Positions 45,089-54,408 of a stretch of DNA of 64,000 nt are shown piece after piece. The stretch spans positions 192,001 through 256,000 of the forward strand of contig CAVWCF010000001.1 of the NCBI GenBank assembly GCA_963753435.1. The letters run 5' to 3'. The DNA is from an uncultured Actinomycetota bacterium. GTDB taxonomy: Bacteria > Actinomycetota > Actinomycetes > CAVWCF01. The translations under genes were made by a program, and so were the position numbers. Below the pieces are notes generated by a model. It saw only the letters and a program-made list of their open reading frames with translations, ran no database searches and was not told the origin of the DNA. Positions within the stretch are counted from its first letter, which is position 1; every line of letters begins with the position of its first letter.

Positions 45089-45574
45089 ATGACTGACCTG
45101 ACCGCTGTCGTGGGAACGCAGATGACGACCCAGGTGCCGATGGCCGCCACATTGGGACTGCGCTTCGTGTCCGTGACCCGCGACGAGGCCGTACTGGAGT
45201 TGCCAGATGCCGCCCCGTGGCGCAATCACGTTGGTGGCCCCCATGTCGGGGCGATGTTCACCCTCGCCGAAACGGCTACCGGTGCGCTGCTGCTGGCCAA
45301 CATGGGCGACCTACTCGGTGTGGTCACCCCGCTAGCGAAAGACGTGCACATGAACCTGCTGGCCCTCGCTCGCGGCGATGTCACCGCCTCGGCGAGGTTC
45401 ACCGAAGACGGCAGCGGCGGGACGGGCGCGCGGATCCGCCGGCAGATAGAAGCGGGGGAGCGGCCGGAGTGCAGCATCGACGTGGAACTGCGGGATGGGC
45501 AGCGACAGACAGGTGCGGTGCGCATCGATTGGGCGTTCGTTGCGACGCCTGGGGCAGGTGGGTCCGGGCGGTGA
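45089..45574 (+). CDS. Hot-dog fold protein (PaaI/DUF4442)
   Basis: NHVGGPHVGAMFTLAETATG; leaderless ATG after TACGGT. Confidence 0.85.
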   Translation: MTDLTAVVGTQMTTQVPMAATLGLRFVSVTRDEAVLELPDAAPWRNHVGGPHVGAMFTLAETATGALLLANMGDLLGVVTPLAKDVHMNLLALARGDVTASARFTEDGSGGTGARIRRQIEAGERPECSIDVELRDGQRQTGAVRIDWAFVATPGAGGSGR

Positions 45575-45601
45575 CGCTCCACATATGCCACGCTCGTACC
45601 C

Positions 45602-47080
45602 GTGGGTGAAGACGTAGCAGCGGCCGGGTTCAGCCGCGAAGACCGCCGCCGGCACCGGGACAAGCTCGGGCGCTGTGTAGACGCATTGGAACTGATGCTG
45701 GCGGAATCCTCTTTCGACTTTGAGCGGCCCATGACCGGGCTGGAGGTCGAACTGAACCTGGTGGGGGATGACTACGACCCGGCGATGCGCAACGAGCAGG
45801 TGCTGAACGCCATCGCCGACCCGGCGTTCCAAACCGAACTGGGGCAGTTCAACCTCGAGATCAACGTGTCCCCGCGAACACTTCGCGATGACGGAGCGGT
45901 CGAGCTGGAAAAGCAATTGCGCGACTCACTGAACAACGCCGATGCGGTCGCATCTCAACATGGCGCACACATCGTCATGATCGGCACTTTGCCCACGCTG
46001 CAAGCGGAACACCTCTCGCCACAGGCGATGAGCCGCAACCCCCGGTACGCGCTTCTGAACGAACAGATGCTGGCCGAACGCGGCGAGGACATCGAGTTGG
46101 ACATCCGTGGGCCGTCGGAGCGGCTGCAGTTGCACGCGGACTCGATCCTGCCGGAGGCGGCTTGCACGTCCGTGCAGTTCCACCTGCAGGTCAGCCCGGA
46201 CGAGTTCGCCACCTACTGGAACGCGGCGCAGAGCGTGGCGGCAGTACAGGTGGCGCTGGCTGCGAACTCACCGTTCCTGTTCGGGCGGGAGCTGTGGCGG
46301 GAGACCCGGATCCCGCTGTTCGAGCAGGCAACCGACACGAGGTCTGCGGAACTGCGCGCGCAGGGCGTGCGCCCACGGGTCTGGTTCGGGGAGCGCTGGA
46401 TCACCAGTGTGTTCGACCTGTACATGGAGAACATCACCTTCTTCCCGCCGTTGCTGCCGATCACCCAGGACGAGGACCCTCTGGAGGTGCTTGCCGCCGG
46501 TGGGGTGCCGAACCTGGGTGAGTTGCGGCTGCACAACGGCACCATTTGGCGCTGGAACCGACCGGTCTACGACGTCGTCGACGGCCGGCCGCATCTGCGG
46601 GTGGAAAACCGCGTGCTTCCGTCCGGCCCAACCGTCGTCGACATTCTGGCCAACGGCGCCTTGTACTTCGGTCTCGTCCGATCGCTAGTTGAAGCGGATC
46701 GTCCCGTCTGGAGCCAGCTCTCGTTCAGCGCCGCCCGCGAGAACCTGGAAACCGCGGCACAGCACGGCATCGATGCGAACATCTTCTGGCCGGGAATCGG
46801 TGAGGTTCCGGTCACCGAACTCGTCCTTCGCCACCTGCTGCCGATGGCGCAGGCCGGCTTGGAGACGTGGGCGGTAGACGGGGCTGTGATCGACCGGTTA
46901 CTGGGAGTCATCGAGGGGCGATGCCTGGCCAGCCAGAACGGCGCCACGTGGCAGGTGGACCGGGTTCGCAAGGCCCAAAACCAAGGCGCCTCCCGGGAAC
47001 AGGCGCTGCGGGAGATGACGCGGGACTACTGCGTGCTGATGCACGCCAACCAGCCGGTCCACACCTGGCCGCTGGGCTAG
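45602..47080 (+). CDS. Glutamate--cysteine ligase family (GCS2-like) protein
   Basis: GLEVELNL, TELGQFNLE, EAACTSVQFHLQV, ANSPFLFG, HNGTIWRWNR, RVENRVLP. Confidence 0.85.
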   Translation: MGEDVAAAGFSREDRRRHRDKLGRCVDALELMLAESSFDFERPMTGLEVELNLVGDDYDPAMRNEQVLNAIADPAFQTELGQFNLEINVSPRTLRDDGAVELEKQLRDSLNNADAVASQHGAHIVMIGTLPTLQAEHLSPQAMSRNPRYALLNEQMLAERGEDIELDIRGPSERLQLHADSILPEAACTSVQFHLQVSPDEFATYWNAAQSVAAVQVALAANSPFLFGRELWRETRIPLFEQATDTRSAELRAQGVRPRVWFGERWITSVFDLYMENITFFPPLLPITQDEDPLEVLAAGGVPNLGELRLHNGTIWRWNRPVYDVVDGRPHLRVENRVLPSGPTVVDILANGALYFGLVRSLVEADRPVWSQLSFSAARENLETAAQHGIDANIFWPGIGEVPVTELVLRHLLPMAQAGLETWAVDGAVIDRLLGVIEGRCLASQNGATWQVDRVRKAQNQGASREQALREMTRDYCVLMHANQPVHTWPLG

Positions 47081-47105
47081 CTGGGGGATCAGGCCTCAGA
47101 AGGCC

Positions 47106-47133
47106 ACTTGACATAATGTTCATTATCGGCTCA
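47106..47133 (-). other. dif chromosome dimer resolution site (XerC/XerD)
   Basis: Minus strand reads TGAGCCGATAA-TGAACA-TTATGTCAAGT, 11-6-11 architecture (compare E. coli GGTGCGCATAA-TGTATA-TTATGTTAAAT); intergenic; dominant gene orientation flips here. Confidence 0.88.
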
Positions 47134-47242
47134 ATGTGAGTGGAGCCGGCCACCCTTCTCGAAACGTCGAAAAGGTGCAGTTTGCGCATCCGTTCAGGCC
47201 AGCAAGAACGAATACCCCAATGACGATGCACGCGGCGTGAAC

Positions 47243-47268
47243 GGAATGAACTAGGTCATAAGGGCGTT
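47243..47268 (+). promoter_or_regulatory. SigR/SigH-type ECF promoter of rbpA
   Basis: GGAAT-N18-GTT exact spacing; rbpA is a known SigR target in Streptomyces. Confidence 0.75.
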
Positions 47269-47288
47269 GGACGGCATAGGAGGCGTGA

Positions 47289-47690
47289 ATGTCTGACAGG
47301 TCGCTGAAGGGCACCCGGCTCGGGGTTACCAGTTACGAGAACGAGTCGCTGGCGGAGTTGGCTCCGCGGCAATCGTTCGAGTTCAAGTGCCCGAACGGTC
47401 ACACCACCAGCGTGACCTTCGCCGAGGAAGGCGACGCCCCAGGCGTATGGGAGTGCCGGGTCTGCGGCGCCCAAGCGCGGCGACAGGGCGGTCGCATCCC
47501 GGAACAGCGTGCCGTCAGGCCGGTCCGGACCCACTGGGACATGCTTCTGGAGCGCCGCTCGGTCGACGACCTCGAGTTGTTGCTCAATGAGCGCCTGGAG
47601 TGGCTGCGCAACGAGGACGGTGCCGACACTCCGCATTCAGACCACCACCGATCCGCCGCCGAGGCCTCTCGGCGCAAGAAGACCGCTTGA
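47289..47690 (+). CDS. rbpA: RNA polymerase-binding protein RbpA
   Basis: MSDRSLKGTRLG.TSYE, CPNGH..WECRVC zinc site, RTHWDMLLERRS..DLELLLNERL. Confidence 0.96.
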   Translation: MSDRSLKGTRLGVTSYENESLAELAPRQSFEFKCPNGHTTSVTFAEEGDAPGVWECRVCGAQARRQGGRIPEQRAVRPVRTHWDMLLERRSVDDLELLLNERLEWLRNEDGADTPHSDHHRSAAEASRRKKTA

Positions 47691-47710
47691 ATCCCCTCCC
47701 CCTGCAAGAT

Positions 47711-47740
47711 CGAAATGACCCGCGAAAGCGGGTCATTTCG
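47711..47740. terminator. Hairpin between convergent rbpA and fxsA
   Basis: CGAAATGACCCGC-GAAA-GCGGGTCATTTCG, perfect 13-bp stem. Confidence 0.8.
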
Positions 47741-47768
47741 CTGTTCGAGGCAATCGCGGGTTGCCGCC

Positions 47769-48248
47769 TTACTGCGGCCCGCCCGGTGGTGGCCCCGCTG
47801 GTGGTGGCAGCTGCGGAGGGGCAGGCGGGTCGGGGTCTGGATCGTTCCGGATCACTTCCCCGGTGATGACGGTGTACTGCGCGCTGATCGGGCCCACGCG
47901 GCCGGCGAACCTTCGGGTGATGCGCTCGCGGGCCCATGCCTGAACCGGCGGAATCAGGAGGACGGCTCCCAGGAGCCCGGACAGGATGCCCGGTATCAGT
48001 AGCAGCAAGCCCGCCAGCCACCTCGTGAACAGGTCCAGGTCTTCGATTCGGGCACTGGCCGGGTCGGCGCCGAGTTGCTGCGCCCGCCTGCGGGCCGATC
48101 GGGTGGCAGCCCGCAGCACGAACCAACCCGCCACGCTCAGTCCCACCAAGAGGAACAGGGCAACGGCGGCACCGGCCCAATCAGCAATGAGCGCCACGAC
48201 TGCGGCTTCGCCGAGCAGCCACAGAAACAGCGCCAGGAGCACGATCAT
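47769..48248 (-). CDS. fxsA: FxsA family membrane protein
   Basis: TM helices, AGLLLLIPG..S..LG..LLIPP motif; standard ppm1-fxsA-rbpA synteny. Confidence 0.78.
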   Translation of the reverse strand: MIVLLALFLWLLGEAAVVALIADWAGAAVALFLLVGLSVAGWFVLRAATRSARRRAQQLGADPASARIEDLDLFTRWLAGLLLLIPGILSGLLGAVLLIPPVQAWARERITRRFAGRVGPISAQYTVITGEVIRNDPDPDPPAPPQLPPPAGPPPGGPQ

Positions 48249-48994
48249 CAGTCGGCTCGCCGGGTCCGCATCCTCGCCCAGCGATCCTGTGCGCCCCAGG
48301 CAGTAACGCGACCCAATGCCTCGGCCACGATGGCCGGACTCATCTTCGACGTCCCGGCGGAGCGTTCGACGAACGTGATCGGCACCTCGACGACGCGAAG
48401 TCCGGCTCGTAGCGCGCGCCAGGCCACGTCCACCTGGAAGCAGTAGCCGGAGGACTGCACGTCGTCCAGTTCCATGGCATCGAGGGCAGAAGTGCGGATC
48501 GCGCGATATCCCCCGGTGGCATCCCGAAGCGGCACGCCCAGGGCCATTCGGGTGTAGCGATTTCCGCCGCGGGACAGCAGTAGGCGGTGCTTGGGCCAGT
48601 TCTTGACCTCACCGCCGGGGATCCAACGCGAGCCCAGGACGAGGTCGGCTCCCGCCAACGCTCCCAGCAGCCGCGGCAGTTCCTCTGGTTGATGGGAACC
48701 GTCGGCGTCCATCTCCACTACGGCGTCGTAGCCGCGCTCCTTTGCCCAGGCGAACCCGGCGAGGTAGGCACGACCGAGGCCGTCCTTGCTGGTGCGGTGC
48801 ATGACGTGTACTTGACCGTCAGCCGCGGCCAGCGACTCGGCAATGTCGCCCGTCCCGTCGGGGCTGCCGTCGTCCACGACCAGAATGTCCACGTCCGGAG
48901 TGGCCGCACGAACCCGGGCGACGATCTTCTCCAGGTTCTCCGACTCGTTGTAGGTGGGGATCACGACCAGGACCCGCTCAACGGGTTCTCTCAC
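48248..48994 (-). CDS. ppm1: Polyprenol monophosphomannose synthase
   Basis: VVIPTYNE, VDDGSPDGTG, EMDADGSH, GSRW, DATGGYR, GYCFQV; GTGA overlap with lnt. Confidence 0.93.
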   Translation of the reverse strand: MREPVERVLVVIPTYNESENLEKIVARVRAATPDVDILVVDDGSPDGTGDIAESLAAADGQVHVMHRTSKDGLGRAYLAGFAWAKERGYDAVVEMDADGSHQPEELPRLLGALAGADLVLGSRWIPGGEVKNWPKHRLLLSRGGNRYTRMALGVPLRDATGGYRAIRTSALDAMELDDVQSSGYCFQVDVAWRALRAGLRVVEVPITFVERSAGTSKMSPAIVAEALGRVTAWGAQDRWARMRTRRAD

Positions 48995-50520
48995 GCGGCT
49001 TCCTCCACAATCGCAGCCCGGCGCCGGGCACCAACGACAAGCATGCCTGCTGAGACCAGTCCGGCGAACAGCAGCACCCATTCGACGCCGCGGCCAAGTC
49101 TGGTCCCCCAGGTCAACTCCGTGAATTGTTCCAGGTCGGCGGTCAGTGTGGCCTGGGTGAACTCCGCGGTTGCCTGACGCAGGTTGCCGTCCGGGCCGAT
49201 GACAGCGCTGATGCCACTGGTAGCCGCTACGGCGGTGGTGCGCCCGTGCTCCATCGCCCGCAGCCTGGTGATCTGCAATTGCTGTTCGGGCTGACCGGTT
49301 CGACCGTAGGTGGCGTTGTTCGTCTGCACGGCAATGAACTCACCCCCGGCAGCGACGTGCTCGGCCACCAACGGGCCGTCGGCGATCTCGAAGCAGATCA
49401 CGATCCCTGCTTTGGCCGGGCCGATCTGTAGCACTCCTACCTCGGTCCCGGCGATGAAGTCACGCGGCACCCGATCAAACCGGGTGATCACCCCCTCCAG
49501 GAGGGACCGGAACGGCACGTACTCCCCGAACGGAACTGGATGCCGTTTCACATACCGCTGCCCCGGACCGTCCTGCGGGTCCCAAACGATCGACGTGTTC
49601 GCCACGCGGGTGGGGTCATCGGTGCCCACGACTGCGCCGACGAGGATCGGTGCGTCGATGTCGGCCGCGGCGGAGTCGATGAGATCTCGCGTCCTTGTGT
49701 CCGTGAACGGGTCCAGGTCGGTGGAGTTCTCCGGCCAGAGCACCAGCTGCGGCTGCACGGCGCGTCCGGCGGCCACCTCGTCGGCCAGGGCCGCGGTGGC
49801 CTGCACATGGTTGCGGAGCACTTGCCGCGATTGCCCCAGGAAGTCCAGCCCCAACCGCGGGACATTTCCCTGCACGATCGCCGCGTTGACCCGGTCGGTC
49901 GGCTGCAGGTCGGGCAGCGGCACCGGGACCACAGCGATGGCGGCTGCGGCGATCAGCGCAACCACCACGCCGCGCCGGCCGGGGACGCGACGGATCCGTC
50001 GCGCCGCGTACACGAGGAGACCGGCAGCTGAAACCAGCAGGAACCCGACCAGCGGCAGACCGCCGTAGGCGGACCAGTGGGCCGTCGGAGCATCCGCCGA
50101 GGCCATGGCCACCTGACCCCAGGTGAAGCCGCCGAACGGGAAGCGGGCGCGGATCGCTTCGCCGGCCACCCATACCGCCGCGACCAGGAACGGGGTGAGC
50201 AGGCGTTCGAACCTGGCCAGGCCGATGACTGCGCCAGCCGCCGCCGCGTACAGCGCGCAGACCAGGGCCAGCCCGATCCACGCGTCGGGCCCGATGACAT
50301 CGAGCCACTGCAGTAGGACCAGGAAGTATGCGGCGGCGCTGAGGCCGCCGATGATCGCCCCGCGCCGGGCCCCGGCACCGCCAATGGCGCCCAGCATCAG
50401 CGCCAGCGCCGGCACGGTCAGCGGCCACCAGCCGGTGGGTTCGAAACTGAGGCCAAGCAGCACGCCACCGGCGACACCCAAAGGCACCCGCCACAGCAAC
50501 GACCGCCAGCCACCTCCCAT
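48991..50520 (-). CDS. lnt: Apolipoprotein N-acyltransferase
   Basis: PFGGFTWG, QGN, WPENS, KRHPVPFGEY, ICFE, TNNATYG. Confidence 0.96.
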   Translation of the reverse strand: MGGGWRSLLWRVPLGVAGGVLLGLSFEPTGWWPLTVPALALMLGAIGGAGARRGAIIGGLSAAAYFLVLLQWLDVIGPDAWIGLALVCALYAAAAGAVIGLARFERLLTPFLVAAVWVAGEAIRARFPFGGFTWGQVAMASADAPTAHWSAYGGLPLVGFLLVSAAGLLVYAARRIRRVPGRRGVVVALIAAAAIAVVPVPLPDLQPTDRVNAAIVQGNVPRLGLDFLGQSRQVLRNHVQATAALADEVAAGRAVQPQLVLWPENSTDLDPFTDTRTRDLIDSAAADIDAPILVGAVVGTDDPTRVANTSIVWDPQDGPGQRYVKRHPVPFGEYVPFRSLLEGVITRFDRVPRDFIAGTEVGVLQIGPAKAGIVICFEIADGPLVAEHVAAGGEFIAVQTNNATYGRTGQPEQQLQITRLRAMEHGRTTAVAATSGISAVIGPDGNLRQATAEFTQATLTADLEQFTELTWGTRLGRGVEWVLLFAGLVSAGMLVVGARRRAAIVEEAA

Positions 50521-50530
50521 TCGGTGAACG

Positions 50531-51676
50531 CTACGTGCCCAGGAGGTGTCGACCGATGACCATGCGCTGGATCTGGTTGGTTCCCTCCACGATCTGCAGC
50601 ACCTTGGCCTCTCGGAAGTACCGCTCCGCGGGGAAATCGCTGACGTAGCCGTAGCCGCCGAGGACCTGCACCGTGTCGGTGGTCACTCGCATCGCGGTGT
50701 CGGTGGCGAAGAGTTTCGCCATCGCGGCCGCGGCGCTGAAGGGCTTCCCAGAATCACGCAGCCGGGCCGCGTCCAAGTACAGAGCCCGGGCCGCGGCGAC
50801 CTGGGTGGCCATGTCCGCTAGCAGGAATTGCAGACCTTGGAAGCTGCCGATGGGACGGCCGAACTGCTCCCGCTGCCCGGCGTATTCAACGGCCAAGTCG
50901 AGGGCGGCTTGGGCCAGGCCCACCGCGCAGGCGGCGATGCCGAGTCGGCCGGCGTCCAGGGCAGCCAGGGCGATCTTGAACCCCTCCCCTTCGGCCCCGA
51001 TCAGCCGCGTTCGCGGGATGCGGGCCGCGTCCAGCACGATCGGTGTGGTCGGCGAGGTGGCAGCTCCCATCTTGCGTTCCGGACGCTGCACCGCCAAACC
51101 AGGTGTATCCGTGGCGGCAAACAGGCAGCTGATTCCAGCCGGCCCGGCTTCGCCGGTGCGGACCATCAGCGCGACGACGTCGGCGACCGAACCATGGGTG
51201 ATCCATGCCTTGGTGCCGGTTACCACGTAGTCGTCGCCATCAACGACGGCCGTTGTTGCCAATGACGCGGCGTCGGATCCGGACTGTGGCTCACTGAGCG
51301 CGTACGCGCCCAGTTGCTCGCCGGCCAGCATCGGGGGTAACCACTGGCTGCGCTGTTCGTCCGTTCCGAAGTTCGCAAGGGGAAAACACGAAAGCGTGTG
51401 GACGCTTACCCCGATGCCGACGGCCAGCCAGGCGGTGGCCAGTTCCTCGAGTACCTGCAGGTAGACCTCATATGACAGGGACCCGCCGCCGTACTCCTCC
51501 GGGTAGGGCAGTCCGAGCAGACCGGTCTGGCCCAGTGTCCGGTACACATCCGCCGGGAATCGGCCGGCGGCCTCGGCAGCGTCCACCGCCGGTCGCAATT
51601 CGGCATCGCAGATCTGCTGAACCAGTTCCAGCAACTGTTCGGAGTCGGCATCCGGCAGCCGTCGTGTCACGGGCAT
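50531..51676 (-). CDS. Acyl-CoA dehydrogenase
   Basis: YALSEPQSGSD, GTKAWIT, REQFG, LGGYGY, IVEGTNQIQR. Confidence 0.95.
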   Translation of the reverse strand: MPVTRRLPDADSEQLLELVQQICDAELRPAVDAAEAAGRFPADVYRTLGQTGLLGLPYPEEYGGGSLSYEVYLQVLEELATAWLAVGIGVSVHTLSCFPLANFGTDEQRSQWLPPMLAGEQLGAYALSEPQSGSDAASLATTAVVDGDDYVVTGTKAWITHGSVADVVALMVRTGEAGPAGISCLFAATDTPGLAVQRPERKMGAATSPTTPIVLDAARIPRTRLIGAEGEGFKIALAALDAGRLGIAACAVGLAQAALDLAVEYAGQREQFGRPIGSFQGLQFLLADMATQVAAARALYLDAARLRDSGKPFSAAAAMAKLFATDTAMRVTTDTVQVLGGYGYVSDFPAERYFREAKVLQIVEGTNQIQRMVIGRHLLGT

Positions 51677-51685
51677 CCGCTGCTC

Positions 51686-52786
51686 CTATCGGCTGAGTAC
51701 GTGCAGTTCGCGAGCAGTGTGGTTCAGACGCATGGGACCCGATTCGGTGCAGACCACGATGTCCTCGATGCGGGCGCCATGGCGCCCGGGTACGTAGAAG
51801 CCGGGTTCGACGGAGAAGGCGTCACCGACCTGCAGCGGGTCCCGATTGCCGGCGACGAGGTAGGGGTGCTCATGGGTCTCCACGCCGATACCGTGCCCGG
51901 TCCGGTGGATGAAGAACTCACCCAGGCCGGCGTCGGCAAGGACGCCGCGTGCAGCCGCGTCGACAGACTCCGCGGTCGCTCCGACCACGGCTGCGTTGAC
52001 TCCTGCCTCCTGGGCCGCCAGCAGGACCTCATAGGCCTCGGCGTACTCGCGGCTCGGCTCCCCCAGGTGGTACACGCGCGTGCTGTCGGAGCAGTAGCCG
52101 GCCGCAGTGGTGCCGCCGATGTCCACCACGACCGGATCCCCCACCCCGATGACCCGGTCGGAGACCTCATGATGCGGACTGGCGCTGTTCGGACCGGACG
52201 CCACGATGACGAAGTCAACGGTTTCGTGCCGCCCGCGAATCGCCTCGGCGATGTCGTGAGCCACGGCGCGCTCCGTGCGGCCCACCAGTAGCCACTCCCC
52301 CATCGCTGCATGCACCGCGTCGATGGCTGCGGCCGCCTCTTGCAGCGCCGCCACCTCCGCCGACGACTTGCGGCGGCGGAGGTCGTTGAGGACTGACCCG
52401 GCCAGCGTCGGTGTCGTATTCAGCGACGCGGCCAGCCGAAGGAGCGATCGGGCCTGCATGGCGTCGTCCACGGCGACGCGGGCTCCGGTGCCAATTAGCT
52501 CCGCCACCAAGGCATACGGATCATCCGTCTCCGCCCACGGCTGGATCGCAACGCCTAGACGTTCGGCGCCGGAGGCTTCAGCCGCTGGCGCCTCCAACTC
52601 CGGTACAACAAGAGTTGCCGGTCCAGACGTGGGGACGACAAGACAGGTCAGCCGCTCCAAGGCGATGGCGTGGTAGCCGACGAGGTAGCGCAGGTCCGGT
52701 CCCGGACCGATGAGAAGCCCGTCGAGGCCGTGAGCGGTCAGCGACTGTTGGGCGCGTTGGAGACGGTCTTCGTCAACGGTCAGCAC
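51686..52786 (-). CDS. M24-family (Xaa-Pro) peptidase
   Basis: PHH, DIGG..YCSDSTR, HRTGHGIG..HEHP, SVEPG, RIED. Confidence 0.93.
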   Translation of the reverse strand: MLTVDEDRLQRAQQSLTAHGLDGLLIGPGPDLRYLVGYHAIALERLTCLVVPTSGPATLVVPELEAPAAEASGAERLGVAIQPWAETDDPYALVAELIGTGARVAVDDAMQARSLLRLAASLNTTPTLAGSVLNDLRRRKSSAEVAALQEAAAAIDAVHAAMGEWLLVGRTERAVAHDIAEAIRGRHETVDFVIVASGPNSASPHHEVSDRVIGVGDPVVVDIGGTTAAGYCSDSTRVYHLGEPSREYAEAYEVLLAAQEAGVNAAVVGATAESVDAAARGVLADAGLGEFFIHRTGHGIGVETHEHPYLVAGNRDPLQVGDAFSVEPGFYVPGRHGARIEDIVVCTESGPMRLNHTARELHVLSR

Positions 52787-52946
52787 GCGGCCACGTTAGT
52801 CCGACCCGGGGCGAACCGATGGCGGCGCTGACATCGAAGGCGAGGTTGTTTGGGTTGGCAGCCAAGAAGTTGGCTCCCAATGATGCTTTGAACTCCATGA
52901 ATGCGCTGTCGTGGAGTGGGAGGATCCTCCAGACATAGGGGAACCT

Positions 52947-53423
52947 TTGAGAACGTCTGTTGCAGTTGCCGCGATCGCTTCTCTCGTGCTGCTGGCGGGA
53001 TGCGAAGCTGAGGGCGTTGCGAGCGACCCCCCGACGAGCGCCGCACCATCGGCTTCTGCGACACCTTCGAAGTCGGCGGCGACCGTCTCGCCGTACGCCT
53101 CGACGGTGTCAGAGTGGGCAGGGAACTTCCGCGACGCCTACGCAAAGTATGAGGAGGCGGCGCTTGGCGGCGACCCGCTAGCGGGGCTCGCGGCGGCGAC
53201 GGTGAGCAACCTATGCGAGGTCATCTACGGGCAACTCTCAGCCCTCAACTCGATTGAGTTCGCTCCGCCGGCCGAGGAATTGGATCTAGTCGTGCAAACC
53301 CGGGCGGACCTCAAGGACTGCGGTGAATCCGATCCCGACGATGCAGTTGCGTTCCGCGTCGCCGCAGACGAAGTGGAGGGCGATCTCGACGCTTGGGCGC
53401 CCTACGGCGTTCCGGCCGGATAG
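52947..53423 (+). CDS. Hypothetical lipoprotein
   Basis: AGGGG RBS and TTG 52947; signal peptide ending LLAGC; P/S/T linker; helical domain with two further Cys. Confidence 0.65.
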   Translation: MRTSVAVAAIASLVLLAGCEAEGVASDPPTSAAPSASATPSKSAATVSPYASTVSEWAGNFRDAYAKYEEAALGGDPLAGLAAATVSNLCEVIYGQLSALNSIEFAPPAEELDLVVQTRADLKDCGESDPDDAVAFRVAADEVEGDLDAWAPYGVPAG

Positions 53424-53478
53424 GAGCGACGGCTCTTGTTCCGCAACGTCGGGTAGGGCTTCCGCCTAATCTCCTTCC

Positions 53479-54408
53479 GTGGCTCATCGCCCTGAGAAGA
53501 TTGCTCTTCTTGACTCCGCGTCGCTGTACTTCCGCGCCTTCTTCGGCGTGCCCACATCGACGGTGGCTCCGGACGGGACCCCGGTGAACGCGGTTCGGGG
53601 CTTCCTGGACATGGTGGCAACGCTGGTCACCCGATTCCAGCCGACCGATCTCGTGGCCTGCTGGGACGATGACTGGCGGCCGCAGTGGCGCGTAGACCTG
53701 ATCCCGGGATACAAGGCTCACCGCGTGGCCGACGGTGGCTCAGACAGCGTCGAAGAGGTACCCGACCTGCTCGAACCGCAGGTTCCGATCATCGCCGAAG
53801 CCCTGGCCGCCCTGGGGCTGGCCCGGGTCGGAGCACCCGGTTACGAAGCCGATGACGTCATCGGGACCTACGCAACAGCGGCCACCATTCCCGTCGACGT
53901 AGTAACTGGGGATCGGGACCTCTTCCAGCTCGTCGACGACCCCCGACAGGTGCGTGTCGTATACACGGGCAAGGGCGTCAACCGCGCTGAACTGGTGAAC
54001 GAAGCCTGGCTGCGGGCCAAGTACGGGGTCGACGGTCCGGGGTACGCCGACCTCGCTGTCCTGCGCGGCGACCCGTCCGACGGGCTGCCGGGCGTGCGGG
54101 GTATCGGGGAGAAGACAGCGGCCGGGCTGCTGGAGCGCTTCGGAACCTTGGACGACCTCCTGGCGGCGGTGGCGGCCGGTGAGGACGTGCCCAAGGCGGC
54201 CGCTCTGCGTGAGGCGAGCGAGTACCTGGCGGCAGCTCAGCGCGTTGTGGCTGTTGCCACCGACGTCCAGTTGCCGGATGTGCCCACGCGCATCCCGCAA
54301 CAGCCGGCTCATCCGGAGAGATGGGCGGACCTGATTCAGCGCTGGGGGCTTGGCGGCAGCGCCACCCGGGTGGAAGCGGCGCTCTTCGGTCACAACACCG
54401 AGGTGTAG
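53479..54408 (+). CDS. 5'-3' exonuclease / flap endonuclease (stand-alone PolI N-domain)
   Basis: LLDSASLYFRAFFG, PVNAVRGF, YKAHR, EADDVIGT, TGDRDL, GDPSDGLPGVRGIGEKTA. Confidence 0.93.
   Translation: MAHRPEKIALLDSASLYFRAFFGVPTSTVAPDGTPVNAVRGFLDMVATLVTRFQPTDLVACWDDDWRPQWRVDLIPGYKAHRVADGGSDSVEEVPDLLEPQVPIIAEALAALGLARVGAPGYEADDVIGTYATAATIPVDVVTGDRDLFQLVDDPRQVRVVYTGKGVNRAELVNEAWLRAKYGVDGPGYADLAVLRGDPSDGLPGVRGIGEKTAAGLLERFGTLDDLLAAVAAGEDVPKAAALREASEYLAAAQRVVAVATDVQLPDVPTRIPQQPAHPERWADLIQRWGLGGSATRVEAALFGHNTEV

Noticed and set aside
47108-47117. TTGACA/TAAT as a sigma-70 promoter for rbpA
   Set aside because: No properly spaced -10; the sequence is better explained as the XerD arm of dif.
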